Shown: positions 35,565 through 47,503 of the stretch, in pieces
How the letters are laid out: each line of letters starts with the position of its first letter
Position numbering within the stretch: position 1 is the first letter of the stretch
DNA from: Akkermansia sp.
GTDB taxonomy: Bacteria > Verrucomicrobiota > Verrucomicrobiia > Verrucomicrobiales > Akkermansiaceae
Assembly (NCBI GenBank): GCA_017937215.1
Contig: JAGBDZ010000043.1
Location: 41,174 to 105,173, forward strand
Direction: 5' to 3'
Length of the DNA: 64,000 nt
The notes under the pieces: generated by a model
What the model was told of the DNA's origin: nothing
Databases searched by the model: none
What the model saw: the letters and a program-made list of their open reading frames with translations, nothing else
Program-made: the position numbers and the translations under genes

Positions 35565-35580
35565 TGGCACGTGATTTGCA
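35565..35580 (+). promoter_or_regulatory. Sigma54 (RpoN)-type -24/-12 promoter element TGGCACGTGATTTGCA upstream of dnaK
   Basis: Matches consensus TGGCACG-N4-TTGCW at every conserved position; 89 nt upstream of the dnaK ATG. It was the only such match I noticed in the window. Confidence 0.5.
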
Positions 35581-35665
35581 ATCACAGAGGTAAAGGACGT
35601 CTGCGCGAGTGCAGACCGACCCATTTCTAAAAAATCAAAACAAACAAAAAATAGAAAGACAATAA

Positions 35666-37591
<1,926 letters not shown>

Positions 37592-37682
37592 ACTTTAACC
37601 CTCCCGGGGGCAGGGGAGTGCAGCTTCCCGCCCCGGGGGAACCCGATAACAATTTTCAACAACACAAACATACTACATTATT

Positions 37683-37967
37683 ATGATCAAACCATTAGGA
37701 AATCGAGTGCTCGTGGAGCGTGTGGAAGCTGAGACCAAGACCGCAGGTGGCCTGTTCCTGCCCGACACCGCCAAGGAGAAGCCCCAGGAAGCCATCGTGC
37801 GCGCCATCGGTACCGGCGGCCGCGACAAGGACGGCAACCTCATCCCCTTCAACGTGGCTGTGAACGACAAGGTGCTCATCACCAAGTACGGCGGCACCGA
37901 GGTCACCTTCAACGGCACCACCTACACCATCCTCAGCGAGTCCGATATCCTCGCCATCATCGACTAA
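37683..37967 (+). CDS. groES: Co-chaperonin GroES
   Basis: [37 protein letters not shown]; 94 aa. Confidence 0.97.
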   Translation: MIKPLGNRVLVERVEAETKTAGGLFLPDTAKEKPQEAIVRAIGTGGRDKDGNLIPFNVAVNDKVLITKYGGTEVTFNGTTYTILSESDILAIID

Positions 37968-38007
37968 TACGCGACTATTCACTATTAATTATTCACTATT
38001 CACTTAA

Positions 38008-39663
<1,656 letters not shown>

Positions 39664-39762
39664 GCGCCCCGCACAACCATCTCACATAACAAAGCAGGGG
39701 AGCCATAACCAAAGCTCCCCGAAGTCAGAGTAAAACCTACTCATAACAGCCCCAACTACCCC

Positions 39763-39803
39763 GGCGGCGGGTTCCGACCAACGGAACCCGCCGCTTCATC
39801 TTT
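39763..39803 (+). terminator. Rho-independent terminator after groEL
   Basis: GGCGGCGGGTTCCG-ACCAA-CGGAACCCGCCGC followed by TTCATCTTT. Confidence 0.7.
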
Positions 39804-39825
39804 GCCGCCAGACGAAGATTTCATT

Positions 39826-39859
39826 GCTTCCAACAGAAGCGATTTCATGCGGCCCCGCC
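39826..39859 (+). repeat. Imperfect direct repeat A (GCTTCCAACAGAAGCGATTTCATGCGGCCCCGCC) upstream of Abi_2 gene
   Basis: Related copy at 41270-41304; the 23-nt core GCTTCCAAC.GAAGCGATTT.AT differs at 2 positions and contains a GCTTC/GAAGC hairpin. Confidence 0.6.
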
Positions 39860-39971
39860 AATCTGCCGTATGAGTGGTGATAACGGCTTGTGCCGCAGAT
39901 AATAGGCAATTCTCAGGTCTTTGTTTTCACGCGAAATCGTGTACCCACCTCAATTTTTTTAGATTTTCGAG

Positions 39972-40000
39972 TTGACTTTGGCGTGGTAACAATGTTTAAT
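39972..40000 (+). promoter_or_regulatory. Sigma70-type promoter TTGACT-17-TTTAAT for the Abi_2 gene
   Basis: Hexamers at 39972-39977 and 39995-40000. Confidence 0.4.
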
Positions 40001-40069
40001 GACCTTAGCAAGGTGATTTCCCGCAAGGGCGCCAAAAAGGCTTGGCGTTAAATATCACGATTTTATCTT

Positions 40070-40110
40070 CGACCCACCCTGCCAGTTCAGGGTGGGTCGT
40101 TGACTTTTCT
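40070..40110 (+). promoter_or_regulatory. Perfect 11-bp stem hairpin plus T-rich tract immediately before the Abi_2 start codon (attenuator-like)
   Basis: CGACCCACCCT-GCCAGTTC-AGGGTGGGTCG then TTGACTTTTCT; ATG at 40114. Confidence 0.4.
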
Positions 40111-40113
40111 ACG

Positions 40114-41184
40114 ATGCCCGTTTATCCTGCACTAAAACCGTTTAAAACATTCCATCAACAAGCTCAACAACTTGTACGGCGTGGAATGTCGAGTTCTTGC
40201 GGCTTGTCGCAGAGTGACTTGGTGCAGCAAATTGAGCAGGATTTAACATACATCAACTACTATCGTCTGTCTGCATATTGGTATGCGTATCGTAAAAAAC
40301 GGCAATCTGGAGAATTGACAGATGATTTTAAGGCGAAAACATATTGGGAGACGGTTCGAGGCTTATACATGTTCGACCGTCGGTTGCGGGGGATGATTTT
40401 TGATGCGATATCAAGAATTGAGATTGCTTTACGCACCCAGATTGCCCATATCTGGGCAGAAGATACAAAACAGTCTGCGCCTCAAAGCGACACAAATTGC
40501 TACAATTATTCGTATACTGTATCAAAGATAGACAAAAAGACCAATCAGTCGAAACCCAGCGATTATGCAACCTTATTGTCGAAAGTAGATTCATACTACA
40601 AGAAAATCAATGATGATGTCGCCAGACATCACAAGAAGGTGTATGGAATTAAGAAAGCTGCGGATTTGCCAGTATGGGTATTTGTTGAGTATTCTACTTT
40701 CGGGAATCTGGCATCGCTGTTATCTGGTGGATTGCCTCAGGCGACCGTGGACACTATAGCAAAACACTTCGGCTTCTCGGATCCTTCATTTTTTGTGTCC
40801 TGTGTCAATTTACTGAACGATGTGCGCAATACTTGTGCGCATCAGGGGCGTATCTGGAACAGATACTGGTTGACAGCAAAGGGCGCTCATTATCTCAAAT
40901 CTCCCAATAAGAGTTTTCCCGCATGGCTGATGGAATATTGTGCTGCGTCGCAGGAATGGAAAGTGAATGCCCAGATGTCTCTCGGAACGTTAACTGCCAA
41001 TAATTACCAGACATCTTCTGTTCTGACCGTATGCAATATTTTATTGCGCACCGTAGCGCCTCAAAGTCTGTGGAAAAACAGACTTCTTGCTCTGATGGCA
41101 AATCCGGATAATCCCTTACCTGATATATATCGTTATATCGGGTTTACCAATTCCCGCTGGCATGAGCATCCTCTGTGGAAATAG
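40114..41184 (+). CDS. Abi_2-family (AbiD/AbiF-like) abortive infection protein
   Basis: YINYYRLSAYWY...YMFDRRLRGMIFDAISRIEIALRTQIAH...NDVRNTCAHQGRIWN motifs typical of Pfam Abi_2; ATG at 40114 preferred to the TTG at 40042. Confidence 0.85.
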   Translation: MPVYPALKPFKTFHQQAQQLVRRGMSSSCGLSQSDLVQQIEQDLTYINYYRLSAYWYAYRKKRQSGELTDDFKAKTYWETVRGLYMFDRRLRGMIFDAISRIEIALRTQIAHIWAEDTKQSAPQSDTNCYNYSYTVSKIDKKTNQSKPSDYATLLSKVDSYYKKINDDVARHHKKVYGIKKAADLPVWVFVEYSTFGNLASLLSGGLPQATVDTIAKHFGFSDPSFFVSCVNLLNDVRNTCAHQGRIWNRYWLTAKGAHYLKSPNKSFPAWLMEYCAASQEWKVNAQMSLGTLTANNYQTSSVLTVCNILLRTVAPQSLWKNRLLALMANPDNPLPDIYRYIGFTNSRWHEHPLWK

Positions 41185-41269
41185 CTCGTTCGCCCTCTTT
41201 TTACAGTTCGCAAGAGGTTCTTATTCAAACGTCTACCACTTCATCTTAGCCTGGAGATAAAGATGAATA

Positions 41270-41304
41270 GCTTCCAACGGAAGCGATTTTATATGGCTCG
41301 GCCT
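41270..41304 (+). repeat. Imperfect direct repeat B (GCTTCCAACGGAAGCGATTTTATATGGCTCGGCC) downstream of Abi_2 gene
   Basis: See repeat A at 39826-39859. Confidence 0.6.
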
Positions 41305-41429
41305 ATTTTTATAAGCGTGCCAGTTGTGCTGCCGTAAGGAGCCTGATAATTTTACCACAGGCAAAATTTAAATCTTAAAAAACGAAGTAGATCATTATAA
41401 TCTTCTTCGCGAAAAGGTGGTAAAACGCC

Positions 41430-42062
41430 ATGCAAAAAACAGAAAATAAGATGTATAGCTCTATTAGAGGTAAGGGTGCAGGGTGTGTTATTACCAACAG
41501 TGACTTTTACCATCTGGCAGCAAGGGGGACGATAAACCGTTGTTTGACCTCTTTGCGTGAGCGTGGAATTATTCGTTCCCTCATAGTCGGCATTTACGAT
41601 TATCCCATCTACAGCGAGCTTTTGCAGGAGCTACTGGCCCCTGATATCGACTTGGTAGCTCAGGCGATTGCCCGGAAGAATCAATGGCATATTCAGATTA
41701 CGGGAGACGCGGCGTTGAATTACCTTGGCCTGAGCACGCAGGTCCCGGGCCGCTATGTGTACCTGAGTGATGCGCAGAGCAGGGAATACCAGATCATGAA
41801 CCGCACCCTCGAATTCAAACGCGCACCGCTCAAGCAGACAAAATTTCAAAGCCGTCAGACCGAGATCATCACCCAGGCCCTTCTCGCTCTGGGCGAAGCC
41901 AACACCAATGAGACCACACTTGCTAAAATTGCAGCCTATATCAAAGACAAGGAGAGACCTCGCATTCTGAAAGATAGTCGCTATGCTCCCGCCTGGATTG
42001 GTGAGTTGCTCAGAAAAATTATTACCGAAGTTACCGTTATAAAGAATGAGACTGCCACCTGA
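41430..42062 (+). CDS. DUF6088-family protein (AbiEi-like winged-helix antitoxin/regulator), no cognate toxin gene adjacent
   Basis: ITNSDFYHL...LRERGIIRSLIVGIYDYP...ITGDAALNYLGLSTQVPGRYVYLSD pattern typical of DUF6088/AbiEi_3-4. Confidence 0.75.
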   Translation: MQKTENKMYSSIRGKGAGCVITNSDFYHLAARGTINRCLTSLRERGIIRSLIVGIYDYPIYSELLQELLAPDIDLVAQAIARKNQWHIQITGDAALNYLGLSTQVPGRYVYLSDAQSREYQIMNRTLEFKRAPLKQTKFQSRQTEIITQALLALGEANTNETTLAKIAAYIKDKERPRILKDSRYAPAWIGELLRKIITEVTVIKNETAT

Positions 42063-42290
42063 ATAGAAATGGCGCATCCACTGTAGTAGATGCGCCACAT
42101 TGCGGGGCTTTCGGTTGCTGCTGAATTATCTTCAGCGCATCGGCCAGTAGTTGCGCTACCTGTTCATCGATGGTGAAATTAACAGTAGCGGCACAGGAGT
42201 ATAGCAGGGGAACCGCTCTCTTCCTCTCCCATGTAAACTGTAGTTCAGCTTTTCATGATTGCCGTTGCTGCGCATGTAGAAAAATTAGAT

Positions 42291-44093
42291 CTAATCTTTT
42301 CTGCATATGCATGATATAGCATCTTGCAACCCCGATTCTTTTCTGTTATAGATTCTCCATAATTTTTTCAGGATGTCTTTATAGTAGTTGCTGTCACTTT
42401 TTAGATAGTTGGAGGGAATAAGCGTGTCTTGATTTCTTTCTGCTAAATCGAGAGCATTATCAAAACATGCTCCGAGGACATCCTCCCCAATGATGCTGAA
42501 TATTTTGAAAAATAGATTTTTCTCATCAGACATATTGTTGCACACAATATTCGTCATATCTCCCGTTTGTTTGAGGATGCGTTTGAGTTCGTCGGTGTTA
42601 TTCAAAAGACCCGCTATGGTATCATATGAAAAAACACCGTGTTCTAACTTGCATAGAAAAGATATACAGGCAAGTTGGAAAGTTTTTCCATTACGTATCA
42701 TGGGCAATGTTGTACGTTCATCGTAGCCTGCATTCTTAATATCATGTTTTACGAACAGGTCGTAATAGTGAGCAATTCGTAAGGTGTCGGCAATTATACC
42801 CGCTTGGGCACTGTCGCCGAAGAGGGAGTAATAGTATTCATCTTGGTACATTTTTGATGACTGACTCCGTGCTGTACCTGGCATTTGCAGTACTGTTGCG
42901 AATCCGAGCTTTCCTACCTGTTCGAGTGTAGCATAATGGTATGGCTCAGAATATTGCTTGGGAACGCGGTCACCCTTTTTCGTTATATAGTATACGTGTT
43001 TTGCATAGAGCTTCTCTTTCAACCTATATTGTTCTTTGGTGTTCGATTTAAGGTCAGCCTTTTTAATGGTTTTCTGGGAATTTGATGCTTCGGCAATTTG
43101 AAGAGTAAACTCATCTTTATGTGATCGTGATTCTCCTTTGGTTTTAACTACTTTACATTGTAAATAAAAATCTCTTTCAATATCCAGATGTCCGAGTTTG
43201 TGTGTTGTTTGTCCTCCGTTTACAATGGAAAAATTGTGTAGTTTCAGAGTTCTTCCATCAAGTTGATAATTTTCACATACAATTATGATGCCGTTGTTTT
43301 TATACCAGAAATTATCCGGTTCCTTTCTTACTGTTTTTGAAATTCCTTCATCAACAGTTTTTTGCCGTATGTAGTACCGCAGATTCATACCAAGAAGACC
43401 GTTTCTTCTCCTGTTTTGCAAATCTTGCAATGATTGTGCGGATATATTTACAATGATGGAATCTTCGTAGCTAAGAAAATTGTCCGTTTTGTCAATCGTT
43501 AACTTGTCGTAATCTACAAATAGTTTTCCGTTGTCAATGGATTCGATTTGAGCTTCAATGTCAGCGCAAAATGCCATTTCGACATCAAAAAGATTAAATA
43601 ATGAAGCGTTGGCTTTTTCTATCTTATTTTGTTCTCGTTTTGTTTTGGGTGCATATGATGTGCAGAAGAAAATCCTGATACATCCCGTATCTTCCATTTG
43701 ACTTTTTGCATTTCTATATGCGGTCAGAACTTTTTCATTGTAACCTTGTGTTTTGTATCTGTCGATGTTCTTGACGGTCTCCGCAATCTTGTATAATTCA
43801 CCAGCAACGTCTTCCCCTGTCAATTTAGTGTTTTCATAGTACTTGCTTTGAACGATGATCATATCGTTACCTTCACTATTAGGGTCATTGAAAATAGCGT
43901 CTATTCCTCCATCATTTGCTCCATCCGTATGATATTCCAAGCACGTATCTGGGTCGAAACGGATCCCATCGCTAAAGAAGAAGTATTTTATACAGAGCAT
44001 TGTGAAAATATGACAATCTTGCATATCGCGTAAGATTGCATATTCGCTTTTCAATGTATTAATTCGTTCGGATATAAAATTTTGATTTGTCAT
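42291..44093 (-). CDS. AIPR-family abortive infection phage resistance protein
   Basis: 600 aa. N-terminus ...DGANDGGIDAIFNDPNSEGNDMIIVQSKY... and central ...IVNGGQTT... are characteristic of Pfam AIPR. This is the most AT-rich gene in the window. Confidence 0.85.
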   Translation of the reverse strand: MTNQNFISERINTLKSEYAILRDMQDCHIFTMLCIKYFFFSDGIRFDPDTCLEYHTDGANDGGIDAIFNDPNSEGNDMIIVQSKYYENTKLTGEDVAGELYKIAETVKNIDRYKTQGYNEKVLTAYRNAKSQMEDTGCIRIFFCTSYAPKTKREQNKIEKANASLFNLFDVEMAFCADIEAQIESIDNGKLFVDYDKLTIDKTDNFLSYEDSIIVNISAQSLQDLQNRRRNGLLGMNLRYYIRQKTVDEGISKTVRKEPDNFWYKNNGIIIVCENYQLDGRTLKLHNFSIVNGGQTTHKLGHLDIERDFYLQCKVVKTKGESRSHKDEFTLQIAEASNSQKTIKKADLKSNTKEQYRLKEKLYAKHVYYITKKGDRVPKQYSEPYHYATLEQVGKLGFATVLQMPGTARSQSSKMYQDEYYYSLFGDSAQAGIIADTLRIAHYYDLFVKHDIKNAGYDERTTLPMIRNGKTFQLACISFLCKLEHGVFSYDTIAGLLNNTDELKRILKQTGDMTNIVCNNMSDEKNLFFKIFSIIGEDVLGACFDNALDLAERNQDTLIPSNYLKSDSNYYKDILKKLWRIYNRKESGLQDAISCICRKD

Positions 44094-44112
44094 ACTGCCC
44101 GTAGTTTGCCCT

Positions 44113-44140
44113 ATGCTAACACTTGTGCATTATAAGTCAA
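44113..44140 (-). promoter_or_regulatory. Sigma70-type promoter TTGACT-16-TAGCAT for the AIPR gene
   Basis: Minus-strand hexamers at 44135-44140 and 44113-44118, about 20 nt upstream of the ATG. Confidence 0.4.
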
Positions 44141-44297
44141 GTAAATTGTGTTGAGTTTGGATTGAACGGAAATGACGATGAGTCATTGATCTCTTCTCAT
44201 GTTAATACGCCGACCTAGAACATAACTTTGAATTGTAATGACAAAATATGTTTTTGCTTAAGTGATTTCACGTGTTTGTAAAATTGAGGATTATAGG

Positions 44298-44552
44298 TCA
44301 TATTGATATTGTCATCTCCTCGATATGCGACTGCAATTCAGTCAGCAGGCCGGCATAGGCGAGGCGGTGGAAGGTGCCGTGGTGTTCTTGTATTTCGTGG
44401 GCTGAGAGATGGTGGTGGGTGGCTTGGAAGGTGGTGATGAGGGCGGTCTGTTGTTTCCGGGCGGTTTCCTGGGTTGGGAAGGGGCCTTGGCAATCGATGG
44501 AGAGGTGACCTTCGGCATCGATGGTGGCGTAGTGGAGGATATAGAGGGGCAT
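44298..44552 (-). CDS. Hypothetical 84-aa protein, 3 nt downstream of and co-oriented with the DpnI-like gene
   Basis: ORF MPLYILHYATIDAEGHLSIDCQGPF...; composition like the DpnI-like gene; no recognisable domain. Confidence 0.45.
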   Translation of the reverse strand: MPLYILHYATIDAEGHLSIDCQGPFPTQETARKQQTALITTFQATHHHLSAHEIQEHHGTFHRLAYAGLLTELQSHIEEMTISI

Positions 44553-44555
44553 AGG

Positions 44556-45324
44556 TCAGTTGGTTTTACGGTAGACGCCGGGGGTAAGGAATTCGATGAG
44601 TCCTTTATCGCGGAGCATCTGGAGTTGCTGGCGGATTTTGGCTTCGACGTTGTTGTTGCGGGGATGGCGGGCTTTCAGTTGGTCAACAAAGGAGTACATC
44701 TGCTCCAGGGTGAAGGTGGAGCTTAGTTTTTCGGTGCATTGGAGGACATCGAACAGCCAGCCGCGGCTTTCGATGCTCCTGGATTGCAGGGCGTAGACCT
44801 TGTTATATTTCCGGCAGACTTCATCTTTATCCAGCACCTCGCCATTGCGGATGATGGGGATTTTGGCAGAGTCCGGGACTTTACCCAGCAGAATGTTGCA
44901 GCCCTCCCACCCCGCGCGCGGCGGTCTCTTTCAGCTGCTTGCGTTTCTGGATGATATCCGGGATGAAAAAGCACCTGGGAACGATGATGAGGTTGTTCAC
45001 CTGGTAGCGGTCGTAGTGCAGGAAGAAGAAGCTGGGGTTATCCAGCGAGGTGATGCGCTGAATCATGGTGCGGTATACGCCATCGACGACGCTGCTCATG
45101 AATCGGGCGGTGGTGGATTTTTTGCTCTTCAATTCATACTGGGCGCGGCAGTTCTGACAGACGTAGTCTTTGACCGGGGCGTTGGGTTCGGCGGTCTGGA
45201 TGGATTCGGCGCCGCAGATAGGGCAGTACATGTTGCGGGCGAGCCAGTCTTCGGTGAGACGCCGGGCAATCTGGGCGGGGCTTTTGTAGCCTTGTATCAG
45301 GGCGGTGTTGAACGTTAAATTCAT
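44556..45324 (-). pseudogene. DpnI-family (Dam-replacing protein family) methyl-directed restriction endonuclease, disrupted by a frameshift in a (CG)4 tract
   Basis: N-terminal part MNLTFNTALIQGYKSPAQIARRLTEDWLARNMYCPICG...KRKQLKETAAR (frame A, stop at 44881). It continues in another frame as AGWEGCNILLGKVPDSAKIPIIRNGEVLDKDEV...winged-helix C-terminus to 44556. Combined length is about 257 aa, close to the DpnI length as I recall it (about 250 aa). The shift lies in CGCGCGCG at 44913-44920. Confidence 0.75.
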
Positions 45325-45415
45325 AGGCGGGGGAGGCGAGTCTGCTGTCATTCTAGCAGAATGAAGACTGCTTGCAAGTTCGGAAGTAAGATTGGCTGCG
45401 AAAAAACGAGGGCGA

Positions 45416-45537
45416 TTCAGTCCCGAAATCACGGTGCATTTAATCGGGACTTCCGTCTTCGCCCTGCGGGCTACGCCGAGACAAGAAAGTCCCGTGCTTC
45501 GACAAAGTGCCTCCCCCGCAAATTCCCATTTGTCGGG
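45416..45537 (-). repeat. Nested-hairpin interspersed repeat, copy 3 (reverse orientation, ~33-nt insertion, one outer arm missing)
   Basis: TTCAGTCCCGAAATCACGGTGCATTTAATCGGGACT...insert...AAAGTCCCGTGCTTCGACAAAGTGCCTCCCCCGCAAATTCCCATTTG is the reverse complement of the copy-1 layout. Confidence 0.85.
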
Positions 45538-45590
45538 GCTAATTATTCCAATGCGTTTATTTTGAAGCGTTTTTCGTTCAAGCCTCGCAT

Positions 45591-47324
45591 TCATTTACAA
45601 GGCTGCTGTATTATGCTTTTGACGTTCAGAACACCCGCGGCCATTTCGTTGGGGTATGCATCAGGCCTGTCTTTCAAATCTGATCTTCTTATGAGCCCGA
45701 GCGAATCTTCTGGTGTTTCAGGGTAGGCAGCTGGTAACACAATAGACTGATTCCCTTGCTCTTTTTGCCTGGTAATTTCCTTAAACCTTGCAGCTTCGTA
45801 AGGCTTATACTCCCATGCTTCTATACCTGCGGGAACCGTGTGGTATAGAGCAATGGCCAGCATGAGAAAACTTAATACTTTCAGTTGAATCTGCGGGATG
45901 TTACAGTTCCAGTACAGGTAGGCAATCGCTCCTATAAGGGACAGGGTGGCAGGAGCAAAGCTCATGGGCGTGGGAATGCAGCTGTAGAGGTAAGCGCATG
46001 CGCCAAATAATGAAACACAAAGGGTTCCGCAGATAACGCTTATCGCAGTTCGAGATGCCTGTTTGTTAATGAAACAGAGAAGAGTACAGATTAGAAGTGC
46101 TGCCATGACATATGCGCTACACGTCACGTACCGTTCCAACAGGTATGGAAGAAAATGAACATGTTGCCACAATGGGATGCCTTCCAAAACGATTACGGAA
46201 CTGCCGCCTTTCAGTAGATTCACCTGCTCCCAGTTCAGGTTGTCGATGAAAAGGTTTATTTGTTCCTGACTCATCCCTGAAATGTCGAGCGCTCTGGCTT
46301 GTGCATCCATGATGGTTCGGGATTTCAGAGCTGGTGCTGCAAACAGTGCCGTGGCTCCCAGTACTGCACCGATACTGCCCAGCCAACAGAAGGGCGGTAT
46401 GGGAAGCCGGTTGAGCATTCTGTATAGAAACCATGCAATCAACAGTGTGAGTACGATGAGAGATAGTGATTCGCCGCCCCAACACACATATATCCCCAGA
46501 ATGAAAAGAACGAGGCTCCTGCCAATATCCGTTCTGGATACATACGGATCTGTCAAGGACCATCTCCTGGGATTATAAAATGATAGGAAGAGGACTGCCA
46601 GCAAACTTGGAAAAAGGTAATTCATGCTGGCGGCAAAACAATAGAAAATCCTCCATGCTTTCATTTGTGTAGATAGTATCAGAATGGAGAGGCACAAAAC
46701 GTAGAAAACGCGCCCTTTTCCGGAACTGAGCCGTTGTGTTTTTGATGAAACCATCCTGAAAAAAAGCGCAGGAGCAAAAACAACCAATAAAGGGACCAGT
46801 ATGAAAACCTGCCATCGATTCTGAGAAATTCCCAAGAGGTGAGCTACGAGCTCACCGCTTCGAGATACCCATTTCAGGTATGATTGCCACCACATTTCTA
46901 TTCTCCCTCCAATTCCGCAATCATGAATAAATGCGTAATCATCCCCTTTGAGCCAGGCGCAGTACAGGAGCAGAGCCAGTCCTGCATAGCATGCAACGCC
47001 AATGCCAAGTAGTTTTATCTGGTCAAGTCGTTCCGTCCGTGTTGCTTCGCCTTGCTGTGGCGTGGCGGTGACTTGAGAATGGGTCTGGTATTTATAGGCG
47101 ATGACTCCTATGGCGTATGCTATCGCAAAACCTATCAGATAAAATGGTATGCGTGGTAATAGAAGACCTCCTTCTCTCATCCAGACCCATATGCTCACCC
47201 CTACGCAAAGCACCAGAAACCACATTAATGCGGGGTATGATAGCACAATCCTGAGTATGTTGCGAAGAAAGGTAAGCTTCATGGAGTGGTGCAAATCCAT
47301 GCCCTGCATGGTACAGCATTGCAA
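45591..47324 (-). CDS. Hypothetical polytopic membrane protein (~12+ TM; GT-C / DUF6056-like glycosyltransferase fold suspected)
   Basis: 577-aa ORF, many hydrophobic segments, AT-richer than the core genome. The family assignment is a weak recollection of a WxSRSGE-type loop motif. Start codon uncertain. Confidence 0.6.
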   Translation of the reverse strand: MQCCTMQGMDLHHSMKLTFLRNILRIVLSYPALMWFLVLCVGVSIWVWMREGGLLLPRIPFYLIGFAIAYAIGVIAYKYQTHSQVTATPQQGEATRTERLDQIKLLGIGVACYAGLALLLYCAWLKGDDYAFIHDCGIGGRIEMWWQSYLKWVSRSGELVAHLLGISQNRWQVFILVPLLVVFAPALFFRMVSSKTQRLSSGKGRVFYVLCLSILILSTQMKAWRIFYCFAASMNYLFPSLLAVLFLSFYNPRRWSLTDPYVSRTDIGRSLVLFILGIYVCWGGESLSLIVLTLLIAWFLYRMLNRLPIPPFCWLGSIGAVLGATALFAAPALKSRTIMDAQARALDISGMSQEQINLFIDNLNWEQVNLLKGGSSVIVLEGIPLWQHVHFLPYLLERYVTCSAYVMAALLICTLLCFINKQASRTAISVICGTLCVSLFGACAYLYSCIPTPMSFAPATLSLIGAIAYLYWNCNIPQIQLKVLSFLMLAIALYHTVPAGIEAWEYKPYEAARFKEITRQKEQGNQSIVLPAAYPETPEDSLGLIRRSDLKDRPDAYPNEMAAGVLNVKSIIQQPCK

Positions 47325-47503
47325 ATGCTTTATTCTTTCATCGCTGTCTGTAAAAGTTTTAGCGTTTTTTTGTGAAAAACTGTTCCCTGTGGAGACTTAT
47401 TATCGCTTTTAATGTAAAGACGGTATAGTTTGGTGTGCAGGTAAATAACAGTTGCATTGGGCTATTAAGCTTGACGCAGCATTTGCAATGCTTAACCACC
47501 ACT

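Noticed and set aside
39826-41304. Integron attC sites flanking the Abi_2 cassette
   Set aside because: The repeats lack the RYYYAAC / GTTRRRY core pairs and the extended imperfect palindrome of attC. The only recombinase nearby is a generic tyrosine integrase 6 kb away with no attI-like context.
42063-42290. Remnant of a toxin gene after the DUF6088 gene
   Set aside because: No plus-strand frame is open. The minus strand gives only a short stop-bounded stretch (TVNFTIDEQVAQLLADALKIIQQQ) without a start codon or recognisable motif. A tblastn search would be needed to say more.
44881-45594. Treating ORF 44881-45594 as an intact 237-aa gene and 44556-44837 as a separate 93-aa gene
   Set aside because: The first 90 codons read through repeat copy 3. 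The ORF ends 10 codons after a (CG)4 tract with nonsense sequence (GVGGLQHSAG). The downstream ORF is open upstream of its listed start and continues the DpnI-family sequence, so the two are halves of one frameshifted gene.
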